The position numbers were made by a program, and so were the translations under genes. From Carcharhinus longimanus (taxonomy: Eukaryota): a stretch of DNA of 62,724 nucleotides. Positions 12,169 to 25,420 of this stretch are shown piece by piece. The DNA lies in assembly GCA_030264375.1 (NCBI GenBank), contig JASCQW010000032.1, forward strand, positions 6,716,083 to 6,778,806. The letters are read 5' to 3'. The notes beneath the pieces are model-generated. The model was not told the origin of the DNA and did not search any database. It saw nothing but the letters and a program-made list of their open reading frames with translations. Within the stretch, counting starts at the first letter, position 1. Each line of letters starts with the position of its first letter.

Positions 12169-12396
12169 TACAAAGAACAAAACAGCACGGGAAACAGGCC
12201 CTTCAGCCCAATGAGCCCGCGCCGCCATCTTAACAAAGCATTTTCCTACACCTACCTTGAACCGTGTGTTTGCGTATGGTACCCCCATTGGAAACCAGAT
12301 TCAGGGGAGAATAATTTAGGACAATTTGTCACACCAATCAGCCTAAGAGCACATCTTTGGGGTGTCGGAGGAAACCCACGCAACCACAGGAGAATC
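12169..12396 (-). mobile_element. V-SINE, 5'-truncated, alternative-tail subfamily
   Basis: The V domain (gcacatctttgg...ggaaacccacgca) is joined to the tail aaagaacaaaacagcacgggaaacaggccc. Confidence 0.7.
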
Positions 12397-12636
12397 TAAA
12401 TTCCTCACAAACATCAAGGTCCTAAGCTCATCCGTTTTACCCGTTACACTCCTCGCATTAAAACAGACGNNNNNNNNNNNNNNNNNNNNNNNNNNNNNNN
12501 NNNNNNNNNNNNNNNNNNNNNNNNNNNNNNNNNNNNNNNNNNNNNNNNNNNNNNNNNNNNNNNNNNNNNCTAAGATATTTGTCCCCCTCCCATTCAAATG
12601 TTCCCCATCCCTCCTGTACAGGTGCCCTTCTCTCAC
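12397..12636 (-). mobile_element. CR1 LINE fragment at the ORF1/ORF2 junction
   Basis: LYRRDGEHLNGRGTNIL (SGNH esterase DGxHLN motif), then the N gap, then VCFNARSVTGKTDEL (APE endonuclease N-terminus). Confidence 0.75.
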
Positions 12637-12789
12637 AAATACTTCCTGTGATCTGTGGAGAGAATTAAGTGTCTGCCAGCATCCAGTGTGGCAACATCAC
12701 ACCTGATCCAGAGAATCCTTGCGGAGCCCCAGAGAGAGAGGTCTCATCCTTTTATGAAGGACAGGACACTGGGAGAGCAGTGGCTATTG

Positions 12790-13060
12790 ATAATATCAAT
12801 GGACGGGTGATTCAGAGGCCCAGGCTAATGCTCTGTGTCACAGGTTCAAATCTCACCACAGCAGCTGATGGAATTTAAATTCAGTTAATAAATCTGGAAT
12901 TGAAAGCTAGTCCCCCTAATGGTGAGCTCAAAACTATCGTGATTGTCATATAAAAAAAATGACCTTTAGAGAAGAAAATCTGCCATGCTTGCCTGATCTG
13001 GCCTGTGACTTCAGATTGATTGTGAAATGGCCTGTAGCAAGACACCCAGTTCAAAAACAA
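12790..13060 (+). mobile_element. tRNA-headed SINE / LINE 5' segment
   Basis: ggttcaaatctcaccacagcagctgatggaatttaaattc...aataaatctggaatt. A related sequence occurs at about 46490-46800. Confidence 0.6.
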
Positions 13061-13409
13061 CAAATATTGACTGTGTCACATGTTAGGAAAGAATATAGGA
13101 GCGAAGATGGGTCACCTCAGCCGAGTGTCCTAAGCTTTGAAGGTGACAGAAACTTTCCGTGCTCCTGGAAGTTTTCAGTCTCTGATGTGAAAATCTTCTG
13201 GCATTTGCAATAAAGTAAGTTGGAAAGTCAGATCCGAAAACTTTGGGATCAGGCTTCTAAGGGCTGGCTAGGTCAGAGTGAGGTATAAAGCAGGGCTGAG
13301 CATCCTTTCCACCATGCGTATACAATCAACTATACCACCAGACTCCCTTTTAATCCTTTATTTTGTGTTTTGAGTGTGTTATTCTAATTATAATGTGTTA
13401 TTATTTAAG

Positions 13410-13520
13410 GTTGGACAGATCCACCTAAATCACAGCCAACACCAACCCTGGCCCCACAACATCCAGAGGCAAAAGTTCCGGTAAATCACCCTCAGACCTT
13501 ATCAAAGGTCCCATCCAAAG
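13410..13520 (+). CDS. ICA1L: ICA1L penultimate coding exon (GWTDPPKSQPTPTLAPQHPEAKVPVNHPQTLSKVPSK)
   Basis: Acceptor ttatttaag and donor gtatgt. 111 nt, phase 1-1, stop-free. It starts with xW as expected after 'AGAF' in ICA1L. Not present in the ORF track. Confidence 0.8.
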
Positions 13521-14336
13521 GTATGTGACAAGAGAACATTGATTCAGCTCACATCTCTATGAACAGAATTAACACAATCTTTGCTGGAATCATAGTTGTG
13601 TCAGAAAAGAACAATATTTCAATCAAAAATTGCCTCCAGTATTTTAACATCCTATTAGCTTCACAGATGATTGTCATGTAAATACATGAAATGATTATCA
13701 TCAAGGAAAAGAAACTACTGGCATCAAGTCTATCCATTGCAGAGCTGAGCCTTTTAATTCAGGGTGTATCCTAGACTTAGTCGGCTCCAATTAATGGGAT
13801 GGTGGGTTTAGTCTTATTGAGAGAGGAAAACCATCAGAATTCCCAATCCAGATACTTTGCGGGGAGACTTGCTGGTAAATGTGACTGTGCACTTTGTGGT
13901 CCAACAGCCTACTGAAATGCTCTAAACGATGCCAGATGCTGTGGAACTGCAACACCCGCAAGTGAAGAAGAGGACACTGGAGAGGTTGAGAATGAAAGGT
14001 TCTCTGTACAGATTATTTCAGGACTCAGCTAGTGGTCAAATGCACTAATTTTTTTTCCTCTGTTCTTTGAGACCATGTGTAGGATTATGCTGAAAACTAG
14101 ATACTAGTGCCTGAGGTCAGCAAATTGATGGAGACCCTCAGTGTCTCTGAGTGCAGACGAGGGGGTCAGAACACATTGTCTTAGATCTTGACCTAAGAAA
14201 CCTGTTGTATCTGGAGCAGCAACCATCTGCAAGTGGGCAGATCTCATTTTGTATGATGAGGTTTGTTCATATTGGCACGGGATCTGTACAGCAAAATTAC
14301 AGCTGCCTGATTGGCCAGCAAAACCCGGATTTCTGA

Positions 14337-14573
<237 letters not shown>

Positions 14574-16800
14574 TCACAGAGAAATGGAGGGAGGAGGAAG
14601 GAAGTCACTAAGTTATATAATATACATGTCTAACTACTGAAATGTTATAAATATATATATAAAAATATATATATATTTATTAAAACACTGGGTTACTTTC
14701 TGAAGAAACAGAATATAAAACAGTTAAATGGAATGTTACAAAACCATTAAACTCCTGGGATGTGGTGTCAGTGATGCCAATTTCCTGTTTAATTTCCTAT
14801 GTTCAGGTGTTGCTGCTGCAATCCTGGTTGTTAGTTACTGGTTAACTGGTACTCCACTGGTCCTGGGCTGTTTGATAGGGCTACACACTTGCTGTAAAAG
14901 TTGTGCTGACACACAAAAGCTCAGGTTGCCTTCTGGTTATGTTGGGGAACACCCAAAGTCTGGATCATCTCAGTACAAAGGAGGTCACCCTCATCGCTGT
15001 TGTGCTGTATGCATTTTGCAGCACAGTTACAGCAATGTTTCTTTCATAAACAATTTTTAAATAATTCAATGTATACTTAATGGTTAATGTCTATCTCTTG
15101 AGTTTAATTATTTACCTTCTATGGTTGGACAGGTTATAAAATGTACTAAAGAAGTAAATGGGATTTGTTTTGTGTGATACCTATAAGCTACACTGTGCCT
15201 GAAATGGACCAAATTCTTTATTACTAGACACAGGCAGTGGTCTATCTTATTTTGTTTACTCTTCTTGCAGTGTGCTGCTATTATCTCCACATCCAAAACA
15301 TTGCACTAACTTTGCAAAGGTGAAGCAGCAGCTGTTTGTCATTTTAACGAAAGCTTCTTCCTGTAGCACTTGGGTTGAGTTTATTGTGTTATAGGCAGCA
15401 GAAGTTGTCCCCCCTTTCAATGCTTTCTACAGACTCCAGCTATGAGTATCCTCTTCTAAGGAGAACTGGTGGCTTGACCAAGCTAGCCAGGTCATGTTGG
15501 AGAGAGACCTAAATCGTTCCTCGTACACCAGTCAGAGGTGAAGGGACTTGGAGTGGGTGGTGGGAAAAAGAAATCTACACCTTTCTGGCATTAAAAGTCA
15601 CATCTTTAACTGTGGCCTTGGAAAGCAGGAAATATGATTCCCTGGTGGTGCCAGCCTGAAAAATAATAAATCTAACACTAAGCATATTTTAGTTGGGCTT
15701 CAGTTATCTTAGTGTCATTGGGCTAGTGAGGTAGCAGTCAGCCAGGGCTCTCCTACTCCTTCCTCACTACCTGGCAAAACCTGCAGGAAACTGATTGTCG
15801 GCAAGAATCCATTGCATTTGAGTCATTGAATGCAAGGGAAGGTGGCCAGTGCCAATGAAGCAATGACACAAGAGGCGGTGCAACATCCAGCCGTTTTTGA
15901 TTTCACTTGTCCCTCAGAAACTTGATGAACTTTACTGACACTTCACCTTAAAGGTTGGGAAAGCCTTTAATGAGTTGAGATACTGCTTGGTATTCCCAGC
16001 CTCCCGTTATCAGTTGCACCATCAGCAGGAGTGTAAGTTTAAAGCTCGGTTTGGACAGATGGTATTATCCACTAGTTAGAATTTCCTGTTTAATTCAGAA
16101 TTGTTAGCTCAGACAAGGGTATGGCCAGGGAGAATCTGGAACAATCAGTTCAAAATACAGTGTGTTCATACAAAAATCAAATAGGGAAAAAATTATATTG
16201 TATGTTAAATTACAACCATTTAATTGGAAAAGATTTCTTCTGTAATGAAGTCCACTGGAACTGTTGCCTTGTCAAACACTGGAATTGAATACTGCCTCAT
16301 TTCCATACACTGTACAATAACACTGAATTTAAAATCTGGAACTATGAGCTAGTCAATTTATGATATAAAATTGAGCCATTCAGATCAGCAGATCCCTGCA
16401 AATTCTGGTCTGGCTATGTTACCTCAGTTTGATCAGTTTTCTGATTACACAAATGCATGTATGAAAATGTAGTTATATTTGATTGCAACTCTATGTACTG
16501 TGATCTTGCCCCATCCAGCAAAACTGTATGCCCACCCATGCCAGTTACAGAACTACCTAGTATGTATGTGATAAAATGCAATATGCAAAGATTACAGACA
16601 AACTTCAGCTAAAAGTCAGAGTAGGACATGTGTATGAGTACAGATCACTCCACAACTGCTCTAGGTTGATACATGAAGAATAGCTCCTTAGGTGAGTTAC
16701 AAGCAGGAGCTTGACCACAATTAAACAGTCTCTCTGAAAGGACAGGACTAAGGGAGAAAGTCTAATTACAAATAACAATACAAATAGTCCTGAAAATAAA
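14574..16800 (+). other. ICA1L: Probable ICA1L 3' UTR (end uncertain)
   Basis: Repeat-poor sequence after the stop codon, with AATAAA hexamers near 15665 and 16795. The real cleavage site cannot be determined from sequence. Confidence 0.45.
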
Positions 16801-19349
16801 CCTTATAAACCGAAATAATCAGTAATTTAGTGACCATTCTATCAGCCTTAAAATTAGTTTCTTATTGATCACTAGTTTGTTGATTTATTATTTTTGCGTG
16901 CTTCAGTTTCATTTTATAAAGAAGCTCCCTAGTGTAGAAAAACCTTCCCAATTTCAACTCGTTTGTGACATTTGGGATATGCTTCACGTGGCAAAACCAT
17001 TTGGTGTTTTTGTGGATGGGCCTTCTGATGGCTTCCCAACTGCGCTAAAGACTGTAACACTCAACCCAGTGAAATGCTGGAAATATTTAAAAAGCTATAC
17101 TATAAAAATAATTCAATTCACTGAATCAAGCTAACGGGTGTATTATTGAGCCCTGTCTGTTTCAATACTTTTCTAAAGGTGATCTTTATAAAATTTTAAC
17201 TCTTCTCTCTGCAAAGTGCAGTCTGTTTCCTTTTTTTTGTTTGTGGCATTGCCCGGTTGGTTTCCTATTCTGTTGGTTAATCTTAAATTGTGGCCTCTAT
17301 GCTGGTCATTAACTAGGAAATGGAGATCAATGCAACTGCAATGCCTCCCTGCTCCTATCCTACCCCACATTTGGGAGTCTCCTGCTAGGCCACTATTCAA
17401 GTTCATGTGAACAGTAATGATGTAGGTGAAATGGCAATGCCCAATGACTCTTTAATAAGCATATCAGTGGCTGGCAGGAGTAAAGGGGCAAGAATCGCCA
17501 AATAGATACACAGAGTACTTGTAATCTGTCTGTATTTACACATCTACATACTGTGTAAAATTACACAATTCTGTTAATCTATACTCGCAGACCATCTTCA
17601 ATAATTAACACCCCTATACAGAGATATTCAGTGGTTACTCCAGAGTTGCACCCAATCAAATCCATAGCATTACAACTACTTGCAGATATGGGAAATGCAG
17701 TTTGCATGTACTATGTAAGCTTGCTTCACTAAGAGACCATTATGTTACAATGGCAGAGATGTACCTTGACAAAGGAGGAACATCACTGGTTTATTGATAC
17801 TAACAAAAAATGTTGTGTCAAAAAGAAAAAGGTGGAATTTGAGCACTGGTTGAGTACTTGTATTTTCTGTTGAATGGTTGTTTGGAAACTGCCTCTTCTA
17901 TTAAAAACAGTAATTTCTCAATATGTGCTTAATAGTTTTATTTTTTTCTTATTGAAATGCACCTTTATGCAATCAAAACAAATCCTTGTTTCCAATGAGA
18001 CACATTGTCATTTAATCTTAATTATCCAGTACCATTATAATATTTCTGTCACATTTTTATCTTCATCATCTTCAAGAGGTAAGCACCTTTAAAATTACCT
18101 GGTAAAGTTTACATTTCATCTGGAAAATCTCAGCAATAGTTAAAAGGTGTATATGTATATCCCAGTAGACAGTAGCTGTCATTAAGCTGCCAGCATCCTA
18201 TGTGAAGAGTCATGGTCTGCCATCTTTTGCCAATCTCCATGCCAACTGATTTTATTTTCCAAGGGCTCTTTATGGCCACCATCTTTGTTCCATTTCCACT
18301 TCTCTCAACACTGAGGTAATCGTGGCTGTGTTTCCCAAAGCTTACTTCAATCCCCAGCAATTCACTTACATCGATTTTCCACATTCATTGATTCACTTTC
18401 TAGGTGTTCCTCAATTACACCCAATTCTGCTGCTTCACCTCAAATGTTCATTTATATGCTTTCAGCTGCTAAGATTATGCACATCCTCCTACCATAAATT
18501 TTTCACTTAAGGCATCAACTCCAAAACCAGTAACAGAGTTCCAGATTTCCACTATTTCATGAAAAGGTGCTTCCAGATTTCACTCCTGATTAATTTTAAG
18601 AACATATTCTTTTGTGTTTGATTGCCCCAAATTTTTCCATCCTTAAACTGTCTCAAAGAGAGCAAGCTCTCATTTAGAAAGGAATACAAAGCATTTGTGC
18701 AACTTGTCTTCATACTTTAAAATCTAAGCCCTACTTTCTTTCTGGTGAACATGTGCTGCAACCCTTCCAAATGAATATATCCTTCCTGAGGTGCATAGCA
18801 ATATTGAACACGATATTTCTTGCATCCAGCCCCTCGAGATAAAGGCAAGCAGTTTAGTTACCTTTTATTGCTCTTTACCTTTAACGATTTGTGTACTTGG
18901 GACTCCCAAATCTTTTTATACCTCTATAGGTACTAGCTTTTTTGCTTTTAGAAAATAATGCAATTTATTTTCCGAGTCCAAAGTGTGTGACCTTTCACTT
19001 CCCCATTTTTTGCCATAGTATTACCCAATCATTTAATCTGCCCATGTCTCTTTGCAACTTTATTTATTGTTCCTCCTCAATCTCATCTGAAATCTTGTAT
19101 AAACTTCAACTGTCAGTAAATTTCATGACAAAGTTGACATCTCAGAACAGATCGCTGATGAATGGCACTAGATGTCCTGTCAACTAGAGTACAGATTCCT
19201 CATCTTCACTATCTGCCACATACTCTTGTGACTGGGATTGAAAATTGGTTATCTCCAATTCTACATGCTCTTTGTGAGTAATCTCATCTGAAATCTTAGG
19301 GCTGAGTGGGATTGTGGTTGGTGCAGATTCAGTAGGCCAAAGAAGTTCA

Positions 19350-19860
19350 CGTAACATTCATTAACATGATCAATACAGGAGTGTTCATGACCTCAGAAAA
19401 TTCAGTTGAATTATTCAGATGATGTTTGTTTGCATCAGGTCTGGGTAAAAAGACAAAGCTAAACAACTAACACACTTGGTTATTTGCTAAACCTAATAGT
19501 TGATATAATAGACTAAGAATTTTGATGAAGTTTTAAGATCATTTGAAGCTTATACGTAAAATGCACAAAATTTTTTGAATTTAATAATTGTGTTCAGCAG
19601 CCAGGAGAACCTATTAACTCCTTCATTGAGGAGCTGTGCAGAATGGCTGAAGGCTGTGATTATGGTGACTTGAAATCTGTGCTAATTAGGGATCGAATCA
19701 TTGTAGGAACTTCAAGCGAAGGAAGATCAACTAACCCTTATGAAAGCCATCCAGAGTATCAAGAAATTTGCAACCCATTTGCAGCATGGACCCATATTAA
19801 GGGGAGAAAACAAACCATGCTACCAAGTAATCCCCACTATTCAGTTAGTGAAACAAGGAC
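19350..19860 (+). mobile_element. Ty3/Gypsy gag remnant
   Basis: Translates as QQPGEPINSFIEELCRMAEGCDYGDLKSVLIRDRIIVG, a typical gag Q..GE....F...L..LA..C.....IRD.IV.G motif. Frameshifted. Confidence 0.7.
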
Positions 19861-20027
19861 AGTGATTCCTCCTTTGCCCCATGAGTGCAGAAACTAACAT
19901 CAGGTTAAATTCTCTAATTCTCTTAACATCAGAGGATTACAGAACCATAACTTCACACCTCTTTCTGCTCTTCCTCTCTTGCATTGAGAGATTAGTTAAC
20001 AAAACATACGGGATGTTGGGCTTCAGA

Positions 20028-20341
20028 AATAAAGAACAAAAACAGCCCAGGAAACACGCCCAACGAGCCCATGCTGCCATTTTAACATTACCAGTACCCC
20101 CCTCCACCCATGACCCTTATCTATGCTTATGGCATTCCACATTAAGTGAAAACTAATTTAGGGATGATTTATTACCTCCAAATCAGCCTACTAGCACATC
20201 TTTGGGGTGTGGGAGGAAACTGGAGCACCTGGAGAAAACCCACGCAAGCACGGGGAGAATGTGCAAATTCCCACAGACACTGGCCCAAATCCATACATCT
20301 GCACAGCAAACAGTGATAGTCACTGAGCTGTCATGTTGCCC
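20028..20341 (-). mobile_element. V-SINE, alternative-tail subfamily
   Basis: gggaggaaactggagcacctggagaaaacccacgc...gagaatgtgcaaa. The tail resembles the 12169 copy. Confidence 0.8.
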
Positions 20342-20869
20342 GTCAGATGGTCCAGTTTGAGCGTACACTAACGACGTGAAGCGCTAGGCAACTCTCGAAG
20401 CAACATCCAAGAGCAGCCCTCGCACAACCCACCACGTGTATGCCCCTTGTAGGGCAACAAGGCGGACCAAATCACCTGTGGATTAAAAGAAAAGACATCA
20501 ATAAACATGCACAACTTATATACAGACATTTACAGAATCCCCAGAAGCTCAGAAGAAAGACAAATGAGCCATAAAATTTGCTAAGGAGAAAGTGTGTGAT
20601 ACAATGCAACAATTTCTTGCTATTTCCTTTGATTACTAACTCAGTAAGAATGTTGCACTACAACATGATACGACAGCACCTGGTGTGAACTTTATTACTA
20701 CACTTCAGATCCTGACGTGAACTTTATTACAATACTTTCAAATTCCTGTTTCTGCCTGTTTCCCCACATTTGGGACTTACGATGTCATTTCTGGTAAATA
20801 CATGAATACAGCAGAGCTCAATAAGAATTAATAGAAACACACAACATTGCCCTCTCCCCTAAATTGAAC

Positions 20870-22800
20870 TTTTCCAACAAGTTCAAAACAAGTTCAAAGT
20901 AGGAACTTGTTGACACTTGATCAGTGAACCTTATTCACTGGTTGCTCTCAAGGTACGTTTCATGGTTTGGACAAAATGTATGTTGGATACCATTTGCTTG
21001 CTAGGAACTTTTGAAAGAAATTGACATCCATTGTCACTTAGTTTTTTTTAGGAACTTCAAAATAACTAACTACTTCTAGTTTCTTGATAGTCTCCTCCAA
21101 TGAAGTATATTTCATTACAGCAACCTCTGGCCACTTAGTGAGCACTGGCTATTACTAAGAACATACGTCCCCTTCAAAATTCACACGCATCAGTAGCCAA
21201 GACTCTTCAGGCCATTCTCATGGATACAGCAGTGTTTTTACCTTCACACAGGAAGAACATGTTCTAGTTTCTCTTCAATTTCCGCATCCAATTCAGGCCA
21301 CCAGAAGTAACTTCTCACTATTTCCTGCATACATATGATTCTGCAATGGCCCTTAAGTAGTTTCTCTAAATCTGCTTTCTCAGTAGTGGTGGAATGATCA
21401 CGCTAAGCCCCCAAAGTACTGACTCCAATCTGATGGACTAAGAGTTTCACATTAGGTGTTAATTCCAAAGTCTTACTTCATAAACTAAATCCGTTCCTTC
21501 TGAGAGCACATGACCTCTGATTGTATTTTCTCACTTGTCTAGAAGTGACAGATATGCTGTACTTATTTAAAGTAGAAGATGTTCCCACTTGAGTAGTCTG
21601 ACAACTACCTGGCAGTGACCTAAAAATCCATCTGCATTACCATATAGACTTGACTGTCAGTACTTAATGGCATAATTATATGCAGACAAAAGCAATGCCC
21701 AGCTTTGAATTCTATTTCTGCTAATGGCTGAATTCCTGTGTGGGGTTCCAAAATGGTCATCAGTGGATAATGGTCCGTCAATGTAAACTCTCTCCCATAC
21801 ATGAACTAATAGAATTTCTTTACTCCAAAGATCCATAATCTTCCCTTTCAATGTGTACAGTTACTTTCAGCCTTGCTCAGGGTTCAAGAAGCTTTCTTAC
21901 CCAATGGCATAACGTGAGTGGCAACTGCTCTAATACTAAGATGATGCATAAGTTAACTAAATGTAGAGTAAAATATGTAAGAGCTTCATATTTCAGGGAC
22001 ACCACTTTGCTTTGCACAAAAGTGTTATTGCATTGATCTGACCACTTCCACTTCCTTTTGGCACAAGAGGTTAGGTAATAGTTTCAGAATAGTTGCCAAA
22101 TTTGCTACAAATCTTCTATAACAGTTCAGGAAGGAATGTAACTGGTTAATATTCTGAAGTGCAGGTGCCTCTGTAATGGCCTTAAGCTTAGGAGGTTTGT
22201 GAAGGCCAGTGGCGTCAATCATGTGTTCCAAATACTCAGGGGATTGGAAGAACTTGCAATTCTTTGCAGATTTCCAGACCTTGGTTTTCCAATCTCTGAA
22301 GAGTGGCATTCAAGTTTCAAAGATGCTCGTCTTGGATTCTTCAAGTGAAGAAAATGTCATCCAGATAACACTGGACTCTTCTCAGTCCACTCAGGATCTG
22401 ATCCGCTACTCTTTGAAACAATGCAGAAGCTGGTGAATCAAATGGCAATCTTTGGTACCAGAACAAGGCTTTTATCACAATTGTCAGAAGGTCCTGTGAC
22501 TGCTTGCCCACATTCATCTGCAAGTAAGCCTGGGTTAGGTTAATTTTACTGAAATGTTGATCTCCTGCCAATCCTGTAAACAAGTCTTCAGTGTGGGATA
22601 ATGGATACTATTCTGGAAATAACACTGGATTAACATGCTTAAGTTTCTCCTTGTAAACTGTGTTTCTGGCACCAGGAAGACTATTACTCCAGTGTCAACT
22701 TGCATCCTTACTGGCTATCCATCTAGCAGTGGAACAACATAGTATTGGTATGTAGCACCTGCCTTTCTGCCATTCACGGTGTCATGGCTGATGCGTACCT
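20870..22800 (-). mobile_element. Degenerate Ty3/Gypsy pol (PR-RT-RH-INT)
   Basis: RT: FSKINLTQAYLQM, YQRLPF and VQCYLDDI. RNase H: YGREFTLTDH and RIQSWALLLSAYNY. Integrase-like sequence (HSLSGQ/KWPEV region) lies near 21130. Many frameshifts. Confidence 0.9.
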
Positions 22801-24369
22801 CAATTCCATTTACCCACCTTTGATCCATATTCCACCATAACCGCACTTAGTAAAAATCTACTGACAGTTCAGACCATAAATTTTAATTGAGACAGCATCA
22901 AGCATTTTAGGTGAGGGGGGAACGAGGGAAAAAGGGAATGTGAATTCCATATTTTCATTATTCACAAGTGTAGTGTTTCCTAATTTTAGTCCTGAATGCT
23001 TGTGGGTCTTTGTTCTGAATGCCTGATCAGAGCAATTAACTCCTCTATTCTCATCAATCCTTCTACTGTGTTGATTATAATTTGATCACTTTTCAATGTT
23101 TAAAAACTCAGTTGCATAAACTCAGCACATATTCTATTTACTTTAACACTTGCAGTCTCTGTTCAATATACTCTATCTTATTTTAAGACTAATATCTTTT
23201 CTGAGATACATTGAACAGAACTGAAAGCGATATTACAGATGGGATATGACAATGGGTCTGTACTTCTGAAACATAACTTCTATCCTAAGCATTCCAAACC
23301 TCAAGAAAAAGATCAGCTCATTAATTACAGTTCGTACCCGGTCATAGGCTTTTATGTTGCCACATTTAATATCAATTTACTTCTAAGCATACAGCACCTA
23401 AGCAGAGTGGATCCTAGACTTTTTTTAATGCAATATTCCATCAAAATAGTGACTTACATTGACAACAGCAGGTTGCCCTACTGGTTTAAAACCTATGGCT
23501 TTAAATTTGAGTTGTTGACAATGATGGGGAAGGGAAGAATTGTAGGATTCTAAAAAAGGATCAGCTGCCACTCAGTAACTCCACGGTAGCCCTGTACATC
23601 ATCTGCTCATGCTCCAATTCTAGTACATATCAGGCTTCGGCACTCATCATCATAGGCATTTTTCAAAGGAATGGCAGTGACCCACCGGACTAGTAATCCA
23701 GAGGTCCAGCAGCACCCACCTCCCATCAACGAATAAATGAACTACTCAATACTATTTTAGGAAACAGGAGCAGAGATTTTTTAAATCCACAATCAATAGT
23801 ATCAATCAATAAGTCACATTCCAATTTCATAAAGTTTCAATAATTTGACCAGTTTTAGTAATTTGGCAGCTTTAAATCATAATTAATATAAATGATGGCA
23901 TTACATTTGAGACCACAATGTAGTACTCTCATTTTACTTCATAAGAACCCAACCAAAATTATCCAGTCATTGTCACCTACACTATGCGAGTGTTAATGAT
24001 AGACAGTAGAAATCTCGATCAAAGTACAAATGAATGATTAACATGCGTACTATATTCTGGATTGTGCTATTGATACAACAATTTGAATTATGGGTGAACA
24101 CCCATGAAATCATAGCACACACCCACACATGATACTTGTTTAAATATAAACTTTGCTGAATGGAATTTCTATTACAGATGTTGGGCAAGAGATAGGCATG
24201 GATTCAAACTTTTATACGCAAAAATGTTAAGAAGTTACAACACAGCTGACAGCATAATCTAGTCATCATTATTCTCCCATGCATGATAAGGAACTTATTC
24301 CCAGGAAGTATGGTAATTGCCTGAATGCAACTCATTGCCTGACAGTCGCCCACCAGGACTAAACTGAGA

Positions 24370-24750
24370 TAAAAGTTGTAGAGACTAGGTTTGAATTCCC
24401 TCTGTATAGAAGATGAAGGGGTAGTCTATTTGAAGTGTTTTAGGATGATTAAGAATTTGATGGGATAGATGGGGGAAATCAATTTCCTCTGGCGGAGAAG
24501 TCCAGGACAAGGGGTCTATGGGTGATACCATAAAGTACTTCAAATGAGGGATAGTTGAAATCTGTATCTTGTACTAAAATGCTGAGAGACTTTATCAATT
24601 AAAAATTTTGAACTTGAGATAGAGATTGTTGGGACAGGGACAAAGTTTAGGTAACCAAGGCAGGCAGACGGAAAGGGCCAGATCAACCATAATCCAACAG
24701 GACAGTGGAAAAGGTTTGAGGTTCTAAATGGCCTAATCCTGTTCCTTAAA
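24370..24750 (+). mobile_element. Degenerate CR1 LINE 3' end
   Basis: gagactaggtt...gtctatttgaagtgttttaggatga...aatggcctaatcctgttcct. Confidence 0.65.
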
Positions 24751-25059
24751 TCAGATGCCGCTTATCACAGGAACTAGTTTTAATTCTGGTTGATTTTTCT
24801 ATAGGATAGGTCTTACTGCATGCTGGTTTTACAACGCTGACACAGCAACTTTGTAGAGTGGCTTTCAGTAAAGCAACTGTCCTGACAGTTTGCAGCCAAT
24901 TGCCACTGCACTACACAGTGTACCTTTATATTGTACCTTTTGGGACAAAATACAACATGGCTGAGTCAAAACCTACCACACCTAAAATTGGTGCTTTGTT
25001 ACAGCATAGGAGAAAATGGATGAAGGGGTTGTTCTGAGGGAAGGTCGAGTAGTTATTCA

Positions 25060-25420
25060 TTGGCGTTAAGAATAATGAAAGGTGATCTTATTGAAACAAA
25101 AGATCGAGAGGGCTTGACATGGTAAATATCTTGAGAATGTTTCCCTTGCAGGGGAACTGGAGGGCACAGTTTAAAAAAATGAGTCTCCCAATTAAGACAG
25201 ATAAGGAAGAATTTCTTCTCTCAGAAGGTCACTAACCTTTGGAACACTTTCCACACTGAACATATTCAAGGCTGAGTTAAACATATTTTTGATTGACAAG
25301 GAAGTTAGAGGGTTATGGGGGCAAGCAGGAAAGTAGATTCAGTCCACGATCAAATCAGCCACAATCTTACTGAAAGACAAAGCAAGTTCCAGGTGCCAAG
25401 TTTCTATTCCTATTTCTTAT
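25060..25420 (+). mobile_element. Degenerate CR1 LINE 3' end
   Basis: agaataatgaaaggtgatcttattgaaaca...ggaagaatttcttctctcagaaggt...cctatttcttatg. Confidence 0.7.

Noticed and set aside
14640-14682. AT-rich near-palindrome after the ICA1L stop codon (similar tract at 36783-36801)
   Set aside because: It is a simple (TA)n microsatellite, which is self-complementary by composition.
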